The position numbers and the translations under genes were made by a program. From Callorhinchus milii (Eukaryota): a DNA stretch of 64,000 nt. The notes beneath the pieces are model-generated. The model was not told the origin of the DNA and did not search any database. It worked only from the letters and a program-made list of their open reading frames with translations. Positions 13,613 to 26,950 of the stretch are shown here, piece after piece (within the stretch, counting starts at the first letter, position 1; the number at the start of each line of letters is the position of its first letter). The stretch lies in NCBI RefSeq assembly GCF_018977255.1, contig NW_024704742.1, forward strand, positions 45,510,001-45,574,000, read 5' to 3'.

Positions 13613-13850
13613 AAATAATCCTTGCATTTGATGTAGGGCTTTTCACGTCAGGAGGCCATTTCAAAGTGGTTCACAGCATTTACTGAAGAAAGTGCTTACT
13701 ATCTATTTTGTAGGCGATTGCAGCAATCAATTTGTGTACAGGCAGTGTTCCACAAATAGCGATGATATGAGTAACTGTGTTTCTCTGGAGATTATTGGCC
13801 AGAACAACAGGAGAAATTCCATTCTCTTCTCGAGAAACGTATAAAAAATC
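13613..13850 (-). mobile_element. Deu-domain SINE 3' fragment
   Basis: aataatccttgcatttgatg...attattggccagaacaacaggagaaattcc. Confidence 0.65.
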
Positions 13851-14681
13851 TTATTATGCTTTCTACATAATACACAATGTAGCACACTTGTGAGAAGAGA
13901 ACCCCCTATGTTCACAAGCAGTGTAGCAATATATTGTTTTAAATAGTAAGATCGACCCTGCTTTTGCAAAGCATCTTGAAGGCTAAAAATAGTATTCAGT
14001 GTTGAACGGGTTAATTTAATTCTTGTAGTCACAAGATCGTTAATGGAATTTGTGGTCATTCTAAATGTCAACAAAAGTGCATTGTATACTATTTTAGAAA
14101 ATAATATCCATTTTAAGGAACTACTTTCCAAAATCCTTTTATGTTGCCACAGATTCCAAAAAAAGGTTCTAAATTGCATTTACCTTAAATCTTTCTTCAT
14201 TTTTCTCAGTATTAAATTCAGTGCTCAAATCAATATTGAGGGTTGTATTTGCTAGCCCTAGCCATTGTCTAGGCCGCATTTCATTTCAAGACTTATCAAA
14301 AATCAATTTTCACAGCATTAATCCCCAACTTTGCAAAACTATGTAGGATTTGACCAAAATATTACAATTTTCAATTTGTTCTAACAAAACATACAGGAAA
14401 GAATTATCATAACTGCCTTATACTTAAATCTCACTCACTTTATGATATTAAGCTTTTAAATCTTATAATATCATTCTTAAAGGTATTATGCGGTTGAAGG
14501 CATGTTTACAGCAGCAAGCTGCCATGGAAATTCAGTACTTAGAGAGGGTTTGTGTAAGCTGGCCTTGTTACCAAGCTTAATAGAGTTTTGAAAATGTTTA
14601 TTAACAAAAAACAAGGAGGGAGAAAGCTACCTCTGAGAAAACGCAAGGGCCAGGCACTGCCATTTTTGGAGAATGATTGCT

Positions 14682-14704
14682 TGTGTGTGTGTGTGTGTGT
14701 GTGT
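14682..14704. repeat. (TG)n microsatellite
   Basis: Read directly from the sequence. Confidence 0.95.
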
Positions 14705-14939
14705 ATGTGTCAGCAATTTTCTCTTTTGAAGGAATTGTCTCAAGTTGAGCTGATGGCTAAGGTTCTGTTGTCTTTGGCTGTCCTTCAGTATCTTGCCCAC
14801 AAAGCCATTCTTCGTATGAAAGCTTAGACATTTGTATCGGACAATTTAACCTAGAGAAGGGGGTTTACATCAAGATACAATTCTGTACTCACGCAAGATC
14901 CATACGAAATGGAGCATTGAATGTGACCATGACCTTTAT

Positions 14940-15125
14940 ATAATTATAATAACAAATAATAACTTACATTTTATGTAACATTGTATACATCAGAGGGACA
15001 TCTCAAAATGTTTCACAGGATTTACTGTAAAGTACATTCCTGTGTATTTTGTAGATGAATGCAGCAACCAATTTAGACACAGCAGTATCCCACAAACATC
15101 CCCTAGGTGAATGACCAATTATACT
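14940..15125 (-). mobile_element. SINE 3' fragment
   Basis: gcagcaaccaatttagacacagcagtatcccacaaac. Confidence 0.6.
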
Positions 15126-17162
15126 CCTCCAGAAATACATCCTTTCTAGTGATAATTTATTAGCAATAAGAAGTCTGAGCTAATACTTTCTGTTCCCCCA
15201 ACTGCTCTTGTCAATCCTAAGGCAAACTATGATGCACAGCTAAGCATATATGCAGAACTATGCCATCCGGCATTGAACACCAGGCAGCTTTCAACATTAT
15301 TAAAGAGTTGGTGTGATGTCCCTTGAACCCTCCCTGATTACACTTAGAATTTGTCAGGGTTCCTGCTACTAATGATCATTGTTAAATATAACCCACACTG
15401 GAAAATGTTGATACTAGCTTGGTGAGGAAATGAGCAGACTTGTCTGTAGTTCCCTGTGATTTAATTCAATGTCTGGCTTCACGTGGCTCAGGTGTCAGAG
15501 CGTGCCAGGCACTTGTGAAACTATAACCCAATAAAATCAAATGCATTCCATAAAAGAAGATGGAAACACGAAGGGGGGAGGAACGTAATGCCAACCTGAG
15601 CAGAATTGTAGGCAACTCTGTGACATGCTCTTTTCTCCACCATTGACAGGGAGAGAGGTTTGTGGGTGTATTACACATCCTACAGTTGGCACAGCATCAA
15701 TGAAGGACTTTACACCAATGCAACAGTCAGAGGCAATTCAGACTCAGGCACAGAGACAAAAGGCAATGTTCTGATCCATATTGTCAGCTGGTCACCCAAA
15801 TGTCCCTATTTTGAAAGCTTAGAGATCTTTCATTCCTCAAGGTTTTAATGCAGAATGAGTTTAATAGATGTTTCAGCTGTTGAAGATTTTATATAGTATG
15901 AGTTCAAAACCATCCATTCTCTTTGGCGATTAATATTCATGCAGTGAATTAGAACAGTTTATTGTAGGCCACTTTTACATAAAAAGTATCGACGATGGAA
16001 GCTGGATAGAAAACAATGGAGTCAGACATCCTCCAACTGCCTCTCACTCCTGGTTCAATAACGTTGGTTAGTTAGCCATTGATTAGCACTGCCGTGAACA
16101 GATAGCATATGTGTTACAGCACAGCTGCTGAGTTGATGGAAGCAAATACCAGTACCAAGCACATCTCTTGATATTTGGTGAGGGGGATGGATCAGTCATC
16201 CATTGCCTTGCATGTGCATTATTAACCTACCAATTGATTGGTTAACAGGCAAAAACCAGCCAGAAGGTTGGTGCTTTAGTTTCCAGACTTCCACTAAAGA
16301 CTACTGGATGATTGACTGCTATTTTTTTCCTGACAAGTGCAATCTCCAGGTGTGTGTGCGGGGAGGGCCCGTGTATAAGGGGAACCACAATGCAGTCATT
16401 CGGTTCCAGGTGTGGTTGGGAAAAGAAGCAGCGAGTAAAGGAACGAGAGATTGATTATCTGGGTAGCGGTGAATGTATGAGCCAGCAGAGAATCAGATGT
16501 GCTAGCCCAGCTCTTAGCATTCTATATTTGCTGTTGTTGAGAGAATAGCCCAAGGCGTTCTTTTTACTTGGTTTATTTTTCATAACAAGTCAGTGTACAT
16601 GTTTTTTTTTAAAAAACAATCCGTGTAACTGTTTTTAATCTGTCAGGATTTTAGCGCAAGGATCCTAGCAGATTTATAGGATTGTTTGTTTCTGTTTTTG
16701 TATCCATTAAAAAAGGAAGATCCATCTATTTGGAGGTCAAAGTAAATGGTTTACATAGAATGGGCAAAATAGTTCACAATTACAGAATTGGATCTTGAAG
16801 TCACGTGTCTTATTATATGAAGAGTTATAGTTTACGATTAAATACATATTACTTGACAGTTCCTTTAATAATAAACTAAATGATGAATATTTTAAAAGAC
16901 TACAAGAATACATTAGGATATAGACTAGAGCATGTGAACAATAAATATGGTTCTTTTTTATTGAATTGTTTTGGTTGTCAGCCAGAAATGCTGCTGTGGG
17001 CATGAACATTGTGGTAAGGTTGGTTGAGGCAAAATGTGTTTGGTTTTTGAATCTTTTAATAAATCGTCATCATTTTTCTTCTGAATTTCAGAGTTTAAAA
17101 TGCCAAAATCTCAAATTAATTCTGTTTATCTTGCACAATTACACTTTTGATGCAAATATCAC

Positions 17163-17602
17163 AATAATAATCCTTGCACTTGGATTTGTGGAATCCTGTA
17201 GCTCAGTGGTTAGAGCACTTGCCTCTCAAGTGAGAGACCTGGATTCGATTCCTGACAGGGCGAAGTTTCTTTACTCCACACGCCTAATAATAATTCCTCA
17301 AGAAAAAAAACAATAATAAATTGGTCACTTCAATCCACCACTGTTTGTGGGCCACGTCTGAGCGCAATCTGGCTGCCGCATTGCGCCCGCAAAAATATAC
17401 AGTCAATTCACTTAACAGTATATTCTGTGAAGCGCTTTGAGACGTCTAAAAGACGTAAAAAGTGCTATATCAAATACAAGTATTATTATTATTATTATCA
17501 GGCATGTGGTGTAAGGAAACTTGCCCAAGATTCCGCTCTTCCAGGAATCAAACCCAGGTCTCTCGCTTGCGATTGCTCTAACCACTGAGCTAAAGGACTC
17601 CA
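17163..17602. mobile_element. Composite: full plus-strand SINE (17188-17497) between the tail (17163-17182) and head (17498-17602) of a minus-strand SINE
   Basis: Inverted tRNA heads at 17188 and 17602; (tta)n junction near 17481-17498. Confidence 0.8.
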
Positions 17603-17783
17603 CTCCTGCAATGAGATACCTAAAAGTATATGATCAATAACAAAAATGGTGCTGGTTATCTGACAGCTTTGGTGAACTGATGGGAAAAGCAAAAAAAATC
17701 CATTGCCTGAGACGTTCAACAATTTAATGGAGAAGACGGCCATGGAATCACAATCACTTTATGGTATTTTTGGACTGGGGTAG

Positions 17784-17807
17784 TATATATATATATATAT
17801 ATATATA
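17784..17807. repeat. (TA)12 microsatellite
   Basis: Read directly from the sequence. Confidence 0.95.
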
Positions 17808-18770
17808 GGAGCACGAGGATCAACATCATAAGATTCACAAGTGTCTCAATATCATGTGCTAATATTCATTCTTAGACTTAGTATTTTGAGACTTTGGGTT
17901 CTAAAGTGCATGATTTCTAATGGAATTCTGCAATAAGTAATGCAAATGATGTGAATTTGGATTTCTATCAGTAATTGAAAGTAAGTGTAGTTGACCCACG
18001 ATAACTCTGCTCCATTGAAATCTGCTGAGTTCTCATATGTGGGTCAATTTTCTTCAGGAATACCTAGAAATCCAGCATTGCATACCTATTATGATAGTGG
18101 TAAGAATGGGAGAACCTATGGATGTTTGTCAGTCAGACCCCACTAATCTCAAAACCCGAGTCATCTCACTCATTTCAAACTGAAAGATTAACAGGAGTTG
18201 TTACTGTGTTCTTTCCTCACTTAATGGATTACCCAGTAACAAGATTAGTTATGTGTAATTTGTATTTATAAATTAATTGATTCTGTGGAGAAGCAAGTGA
18301 ACACAGGCTTAATACTGTGCAGTCAATAGTTGATTTATTGTATTCAAATTCTGTTTGACAGAAGAATCATTCGAAAATGAAACTAAGTTTGAGTTGGCAA
18401 CTCATACTCATGTGTAAATTGCTCATACATCAGAATGTAATAGAGGATTGTAATGTAAAATCTTCTTGAATGAGTCATTAATTTAGAACTGCAGTAATCC
18501 TGTTATGTTAGATTCATGACCTCTGTCTTAGATTTCCCCAAATAAATATCTAGGTCTATTTCTTACCAGGCTCATGTGGGAGAGATTCCACAGAGTCTAT
18601 ATGAAGACCCTGAAGTATGAAGTATTCAGAATTTGACAAATTCTTAAATGCACCCTTCATTTTGAAGCCAGTTTACTGGAAGTTTCTTTTAATAACTGCA
18701 GAAAATACCTTCAAAGTTAAGATTAAATTCAATAATTTGCCAAATTCTGGATGCTCTGAAATAACAGTAA

Positions 18771-19008
18771 ATGATAATAATTGTTGCATTTGAAAGAGCG
18801 CCTTATTGCATCGTTGAGACGTTTCAAAGCGCTTCACAGAATAGATTGTAAAGTGGATCGACTAACAACTGGGTTCCCACCTACTGCTGGTAAACAGAGG
18901 TGTGTGGAGTAAGGAAACTTGCCTAAGGTTTCGTCCTGCTCAGGAATAAAAGCTGGGTCCTCTTGCTTGCGAGGTGAGTGCGCTAACCACTACACTATGA
19001 GACTCCAC
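18771..19008 (-). mobile_element. SINE (long subfamily) with internal deletion
   Basis: Tail joined directly to gtggatcgactaacaactgggttccc; head ends gagactccac. Confidence 0.8.
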
Positions 19009-20649
19009 TTGTTAAATTGTTTAAAGAGTCACTCTCTCACCATTGGGTTATTGGAGCTTCTGCTCATTTCTAATAATGAATCAAGTGAGAGAAATATGGT
19101 GAAGAGAGCATTGTGCAATTGATTATATTCTTGAAATACAGACTAACAGTAGATGATCAATTGTATTTGTTTGTCCTTAGCTGCCCCCTACCTCTAAGAT
19201 CAAGATGCTCTCTTGTCCTCAGGGTTTTGTGGTCCTTCAGTAGCAAACGTTATAAGCACTCAATCAATGTTGATCATGGAGTGACCAACCATATGCAGCA
19301 ATGAATAGAAGCTTGATGGTGCTTTCTCACCAGCTATTCATGCTGCCAGCTATTCATGCTCATTAGGCTTTTCCAGGAGTGTTGTTTTCCCTTTCTGCTT
19401 CACTGGGGTAGAGATGCTGAATCAGCAGAGCTGTCAGTCCAGACCTCCTTCCACCATTCAATAAGACAAATGTCGAAGTAAAGTGTAAGAAAGCATCAGA
19501 ACACATTATATTTGCACCAAGGAGCAGCAATCATCTGAGGAGACCATCTGAATGGCACTTAGCACCTATCATGATAAGCAATGATAACCTTAGATTTGGC
19601 ATAAAAAAGGCAATGTCTCATAACAAATTCAATAACTAGTTCAATAATTATCGATCTGTTATTAATTATTGCATGTTTTGCTCTTTTTTTGAATGCATGT
19701 CCTCCATAACTTGGAATATACTGTGAAATCTAATCTTTGCATTAAAGCAATTATGAGTGATTCATACTTTCCAATGCACATTCACCCATTTATTGAAGTG
19801 GCCTCATCCACTTTTATATTGTTGTATAGCCTCCAACTCTGCTATGACAATTTGCCTTATTAAATGACAGGACTGCTTGGCAAAGTAAAATGTGATTTGT
19901 CAAGTCAATATGGCAAGGTAGTGAAGGAGTTCACTTACGTGTTTTCTGCTGGTTTGAAAATGCAATTGAAGTTAAAAAAAAAGTAATAACAACATTGCTC
20001 CATTGAATAGATTTGTTTGTATTTCTGCCAAGATTAGAAAATGTCAAAAATCATAAAAATGCAATGTTCCTGGAGGCACCGCACACTGACAAGCAGTTGT
20101 ACATTGTCAGTCATGACACTTAACGCATGAAAGAGATGTCAGATCCGTTCAACTGTATGAGGATGGTTCGCTTCTATTATACGATTAAGAGAGGACCTTT
20201 AAAAGCTCACAATATAAGGCACAGTCTTTGGATCTGCATGTCACTTCTGGGCTTATTTCATTAACCAAGCCAGCACGAGTGAAGTACATGAGATAACACT
20301 GCGTCAGTCACACTAACAGCTCACAAAATGGGTCCTATGAACTGCGGAGTAACACTTCACGTGCGCAGATATATAGCCACTACAACAAGTACCTCTTATA
20401 TGTATGTCTATATTTTAATAGAACTGTTCCAGGTTTCTAAAAAACCAAGATACCTTTTCCTGATATTCCAGTCGGCATTACACATTGAGCTTTTGGTGAT
20501 GTCGGTCCCTAATGGAATTTCTCCAGTATAATTGTGCATTGCTGAAGGCGCTACACAAATTGCCAGTTCACCTGTGGGTATAGTAAGTAAAACCTGGCTG
20601 AATATATTGTACATGGGAGAGAAGATCACACAAACAACCATTTGATGAA

Positions 20650-20800
20650 TATAGTAAATGAGTGAATGACTAATATATCTGGTGAATCTGGCCAGGACGC
20701 TGGAGAAATTCCCGTCTCTTTTCTTTAAGTGTTACGGGATCTTTGATGTCGAAATGAAGCGGCTGATGGGACCTCACTTTAATATCTTATCCAAAACACA
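20650..20800 (-). mobile_element. Deu-domain SINE fragment
   Basis: tggccaggacgctggagaaattccc...gggatctttgatgtc...gggacctcactttaatatcttatcc. Confidence 0.6.
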
Positions 20801-21319
20801 AATTGCATGTTTCCCTGTGAATCAATGCAGCATAGCCGAGTGTGGACTTGGAGTAATATACAGATTCGGGGAAGAAAAGGGACAAAATACAGTTGAATAC
20901 ATTGGGAATCAGGAAAATGTGCTTTACTAAAGGTTTAGAGCTGCAAAACATTTTTCATTTTCAGCTCTTTCATTTACTGCTGACCATCCATGAAGGAGCT
21001 GCTAGTGATTTAATGTGATTTCAAGGCATCAGCAAATATATTTTAGCTACATTAAAGTCACTAGCACACACCATAACACTACCAACCTCCACACAGTAGC
21101 TGTGTTGTGTCTGTTAAATAGAGAGTAATGAGTGATTGAGGTTGATTACAAGAAAATAATCTTACTGTTTGGCTCATAAAATCTAAGAGTGAATCTGAGA
21201 TGAGATTGTTTTATCATCATATAACAATTTGATTTAAAAAAGGAGATGCAGAACGACAAGCACAAGCTTCCCACTGGTGTACTGTGTCTAATTTAGGCCT
21301 CTAATACTCTCAATATATA

Positions 21320-21726
21320 CAGCGTTTGTGGGATACTGCTGTGTGCAATTTGCTGCTCTGTTTTACCCACAAAATATCCAGTCAATTCACTTCACAGTAT
21401 ATTCTGTGAAGCGCTTTGAGAAGTCTCGAAGACGTGATAAGGCGCTATATCAATACAAGGATTATTATTATTATATATTGGCTACTGCCATGAGAATTCT
21501 CCACCTTTGTGTCTTCCATTTTATTTTTTTTACTCATTTTATCATTTCTCCTGCTTGATTTCAATTATTTTCTTTGCTACGTTTCTGTGTACATGTTGGC
21601 TGCCTACATAATCTTCATAATGATCCTTGCATTTGATATAGCGCCTTATCATATCTTTGAGGAGTCTCAAAGCACTTCATAGAATATACTGTAAAGTGAA
21701 TTAACTGTATATTTTGTGGGTGAAAT
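21320..21726. mobile_element. Two SINE 3' fragments tail-to-tail (+ 21320-21473; - 21617-21726)
   Basis: Complementary blocks: cagtatattctgtgaagcgctttgag versus ctcaaagcacttcatagaatatactg. Confidence 0.8.
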
Positions 21727-23159
21727 AATGTACGATTACATTCTGCTATAAGTTCCTTCCAATAAGCTCCATTTCTTTGCTATTTTATTATTTGATAAGA
21801 GGATATTTTATTTAGAAATTAATTGTAGATGCACCCACAAAATATCAATTATCTCTTGGTGGTGGTTTGTAATCCAGAGAAAGGCAAGAGGGAAAGCTTC
21901 TAATGTCTGCCCTAAATAGCAGCTATTCAGTGGTGACTACTTTCAGTTCAATGGGAAGATTTACGAGGCCTACACACTAGTTATTTACAGTTATCTTTGA
22001 CTTGTAATCTCAGTGTATGAGCTGGAGGGAGTTGTATGATTCCCAGCAGCTGGAGTCTTTGGTTAGGGTACTGACTTTGTCACTTTATTGCACTCAGAAT
22101 TTCTTTGCTTCTTGCACTCCTTCCAGCTAAGAGCAATCAAGCAACACAATTTTAACTTGTATAGATTGGTAACTGCTCCAGGGAATCTCTGACTCCCTGG
22201 TATGGCCATTTTAAAAACAAGAAACTCGAATACTTACTAGTGATGTGAAAATAAACAGTAATAAAACTCTTGAAATATCGGGGCAATCTAATACAATGAA
22301 AGCAATAAATAATACTTTTTTTACATATAACATCTATTTCCCCTATCCTGTCTCTTCTTTCGTCACCGTTTTCATTTTCCTATTTTTCTCTTTTTATTAC
22401 TTTAAATTTGTTTTACTGTTTCCCCTTAGCTATTTTATCACTTGTATTACCTTCTATGTTTTAAAATGTAACATTGCATATTTTATTTGCTTCATTTTTC
22501 TGACCGTCATCGCCCTCCAGTCATACGTGACGTGGAATCCACACTGAAATGCAAGCCAATAATAATAAAATAATAATAATAATGATAATCCTTGCGCTTG
22601 TAAATGCCCCTTACATTTGTATTGTACCTCTAACATTGAAATGACCTAAAATATTTCATAGTCACTACTGTTAAATGTAGTGACCAACCAATCTCCCATT
22701 GATTCTCTAGTGCATTGTATTTGTGCAATGAGCTGTTCATGCAGTACTTTAGTTGAATGAGATTCCACAGATCCATTTCATTGACCCACTCCTTTCTCAA
22801 CCGCATTTTGCATTTGTATTTTCACTGGTCCACAGTGTCTATTTCCATTCCTTTCAGAAGGGAACAGTCCAAATCAGACTGAAGGCATGGGCACATGGCG
22901 AGTGTTGCATTTCAATGTATTTTACATCATATGAAATAAAGAATTGTTCAGCACAGGAGGCCATTCAAACCATGACGCCTATGCCTCTGCTAATTGTTTC
23001 TTTTTAATTGTCCTTTTTCTAATGCCACCTTCCAGCTCTTTCCCCATAATTCCCTAATATTTTGTATTTCTCTATAGTGGTATTGGTTTACAAGCGAAAC
23101 TAAGCTTGCCAAATATATTTAAATGAAAAGTTATAGCTTTATCAGAGGTCGGAGGACTG

Positions 23160-23620
23160 CTCAGTGCCAGTCGAACGGAGGCGCTAGGTGGTGGGTTGAG
23201 GAGTGAGGAGATCTGCTTGACTGGCACTGGCCTCCTGCTTGTCCCTTGCACCCTCTGCTCCGCCACTGGAGGTCATGCTTTCAGCCACTACTCCCCTTAA
23301 CTCTGAAAAACTCTCCCTCAATCCCTCTGCTTTGCTCCCTCTTTCCCCTTTTTCAAGTCCCGACTGAAAACCTTCCCTTTCAACTGTACCATGAAGTGAA
23401 CAACCAACGTTATATGATGGATATTGGTCAGAACACCAATAGAAATTCTATTCTCCATTAAGTGTCATGTCATCTTTAATGTCTACCTGAACTAGCGGGT
23501 TCAACGTCTCATCTGACGGATGGCATTTTCAACAAAGCACCAATCCCTTGGACCATGAGTTGGGGTTTCGAACCATAATGTTCTGAATCAGAGGTGAGAG
23601 TACTACTAACTGAGCCTGCG
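23160..23620. mobile_element. L2 tail fragment (+, 23230-23395) followed by a Deu-SINE fragment (-, 23420-23620)
   Basis: ggaggtcatgctttcagccactactcccc; catctttaatgtctacctga...tctgaatcagaggtgagagtactactaactgagcc. Confidence 0.55.
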
Positions 23621-24661
23621 TGACAGCATACAAACTTGCTAATTTGTCTAATTTGCAGTATTTCTAAACTGGATTCCTTAATAAAGAAAGCGAGACTGCT
23701 TCCAGTACTAGCTTGTTATGCAAACCCATGGGGATTACTTCCGAGCGTACATTTTCATGGGTCAATAGGAATTCAAATAGGATTCTTTATTAAGAAATAT
23801 TACTAATTAGATTCACACGTGAGTATCTCCAATATTTTTCTACAGCTCACCTCCCATTAAAAACAACTGAAGTGCATGCATTTTGGAGATGGCAAAGCAT
23901 TAAATAATGACTAGCTTTTTATGTGACAGTATAATTGTTGCACATTTTCACCATTATGATTTTCATTATGTTGAAAAAAAAATCAAAATTCTTGGGGGAA
24001 ATCATCTGTCGGGAATCTTCATTATTTTGACATTTTCATAGAATAGAAATGTTTGAATCTGAAAAAAATAATTTAAACATCATCTTGAGATTGTTGGATT
24101 TTTTTATTGTCACAGCTGAAAGGAATGTATGAAATATAATGTGACGCTGGGCATCCATTTTGCTTTGTCGGTTACTGTTTCAAGTTGTTTAATTGTGATG
24201 AACACTTCACTGCACAAGCCTAAACTAAATTGAGTCATGATGTTCTTTACTTCTAAATGCTGGAAAGGGAGTGGCAGAAAAGGTCAGATTAAAGATTCTA
24301 GTTTCATGTGAAGCAGTGTTGTGCAAGGGGTGAAAATAATACTGTTTGATAAATTATTCAGATGCAGACAGCAAGAATTCATCATTTCCTGAAACATAAG
24401 AAAATAAATAGTCTAGGATAACATAAGCTAAAAATAAAGTGTTAATGGCCTTTGTGATTATGCTTGCTCAGAAGCCTTAGATATGCATGAGTTGTGAGCA
24501 TGTGCAGTTCCTTATGTAAGTTACAATCAGCGATGCAGCTACTTGCGTCTGGGTACATTTTAATCTTTCTTTAATTTTCCCTTTGTGGGTCTGTGTGTCA
24601 TAGCAACCCCAAATTCAATATCAGCAGGTCTAACCAAATCAACAATCACCTTCACATCTTA

Positions 24662-25058
24662 GGTGTCAACCTAGCTCAGTTGGTAGCATTCATGCCTCCA
24701 AGTCAGGAAGTTGTGGGTTCTAGCCCTGTGTTGGGACTTTGAGTTCACAGTCCAGCCTGACGCTCTGGAATCTGGGAAAGCACTGCATTGTCAGAGATAC
24801 GCTGAGGTCCGTATCTGGCTGCTTAGATGGATGTTAAAGATCCCATGGCATAACTTGCAAAGAGAAGGGAGTTTCCTGGACAACAATTCTCCAGATAGTC
24901 ATTCACTGCATCGCAGTTTGTGAAACATGCTGTGCACAAATTGGCTGCTGCATTTGCCTAGAAACTGCACAGTCACTTTTCTGTACAGCCTGTGAAGTGC
25001 TTGGAGGTGTCCTCCCATGTGTGATAGGTGCTACATGAAATATAAGGCTTATTATTAC
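24662..25058 (+). mobile_element. Deu-domain SINE, full length
   Basis: ggtgtcaacctagctcagttggtagc head; gatggatgttaaagatcccatggca; gctgtgcacaaattggctgctgc; tail. Confidence 0.8.
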
Positions 25059-25899
25059 AAATAATCCCTCATCGAAATGCAATGTGTGTGTGTTATATAC
25101 AGTCCTGGTGAGGAGAACACATCGTCAGTTTTTACACACTGATTCGCCTCTGCTATTAGAAAAAAAATCAAATTATTAAACAGAAACAGTGTAACACAAG
25201 AACAGCACACTTACTCATCACCCCGTGAAAATCCACAACTCCTCTGCAAATAAATATCAATAGATTTTCCAATTATTTTACCTTTTCGTGTTAAACCAGT
25301 GTTTTGCAAATGTTAACAATTAGTCATTGGGAAATTGAAAACATTTTACAATATTTCATAATGTTTACATTGATTGGAAAATTACATTTTACTGATGTGA
25401 CACAAACTCATTATAGCTGTGAGTCAGTTCAAGTGTGCAAAAGATCTCCTCTACAGGAGCACAAATATGAAGGTCACCCTTCAATCTGAAGAAGTCTTTC
25501 AGTCAGAAATGTAAGACCTTGTCAGTTCACAGGCTTCCAGCCAACATCTAAGATGTCACAAATACAGCTGAAAATTTATTGCCACTGTATGAAGCAAACT
25601 ATGATCTACTGCCAACAAGATTGCAAGTAAAAAAAAATCTATGCATAAAACAACCATATTTTATTGAGAAACGCAGTTTCCTACTTGGATATATTGTTCT
25701 TGTAATAAATTTCCATGTACAGTTACCGAGCTCATGTGAACAAATCAATTCTAAAAATAGACCACGAATAGCGAGAGCGGTTCTGCTCTGAAATACAACC
25801 ATTTTCTATCCTGCAATTTAGCGACCTGTGGGGTCCGTTCTGGAAAACTAAAAGAGATGGAGAAAATGAAAGGAAGCCGCGAGCTTCTATTTCTTTTTC

Positions 25900-26257
25900 G
25901 TGTCAGCTTTGCTCAGTTTTCCTCTAGTTTAAAGATTATGGGTTCAAGGCTTACGTCAGGGCTTCTTGCTCACAGTCCAAGCTGACTCTCCAGTGCAGTG
26001 TTAAGGGAGCCACTGTATTGTCAGAGGTGCCATTCTTCGGATGAGATCTGAATCCAATGTCCCATCTCCCTGTTTTTTTGCAAACAATCCTGCACATAAT
26101 GTGATCATTCAATTCATGACTGTTTGTGGGATCTGATGTGTGCAAAATGACAAGCATGTTTGCTTGCAAAATACACAGTTACCACACTTGACAATTCCTT
26201 GTGAGGATCTTTGAAACATTTTGGTGTTATAGACATATCAAATGCAAGGATTATTAG
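25900..26257 (+). mobile_element. Deu-domain SINE with internal deletion
   Basis: gtgtcagctttgctcag; cagtgcagtgttaagggag...ttcggatgaga; caaatgcaaggattatt. Confidence 0.7.
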
Positions 26258-26769
26258 CATTCTCTTCTGTACTCTTTCTCTTTACAGATGCTATCTGCTA
26301 GTGCAGTGCATTATGCCATTTCGTGACTCAGGGCTAATTTTCTGCATCTGGTTTTATTGAGTTTCTCATCCATGTCGGGAAAGGTTTGATATCCATCTTG
26401 CATATGTGATCTGCACCAGGTGGTGCAGTATCGAATGTTTAACAGAAGTGTAAGCAGGCAGCTACAGCTATGATACTGCCTCACAGTGCTGTTCATTGAA
26501 AAGGAAAGTTAACGTCCATGCCTACTCAAACCCATGCACGAGCCTCTGTTTGCTGAGGACGACTTGCCTTTATATGGTTTGTTTTGCTTGAAAGAAAGTT
26601 CAAAGAGCTTTGACCCGATGAGCATGGCAGATGTGATTGGCATCAACCAAGAAAAATATTTCAAGGATGTAGATCAAAAGCATGGTGGAAGAAATGTGAT
26701 TTTAGGATATCTGTAATGGTAAAGAGGGAGGTAGCATGATAAACTGGTTTTGGAAGAGAGTTCAAATGC

Positions 26770-26950
26770 AAAACAATACAAATTTACATTTATATAGTGA
26801 CTTTCACATCAGAAGGATGTCCCAAAGTGTTTGACAGCTCTGGTGTGGCTCCCGAGCAGAGTGTGGGAGGCAAGGGGTTGGGAGAGGGAAGATGACTGAA
26901 AGCATGGTCAGAGACGAAGGTATTGAGACAGACCTTGCAAGAGTAGAGTG
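26770..26950 (-). mobile_element. L2 LINE 3' tail
   Basis: tttacatttatatagtgactttcacatcagaaggatgtcccaaag. Confidence 0.55.

Noticed and set aside
26534..26716. Protein-like short ORF (also 261-641, 3039-3239 and 28895-29125)
   Set aside because: No recognisable homology or convincing splice context; possibly ancient transposon debris.
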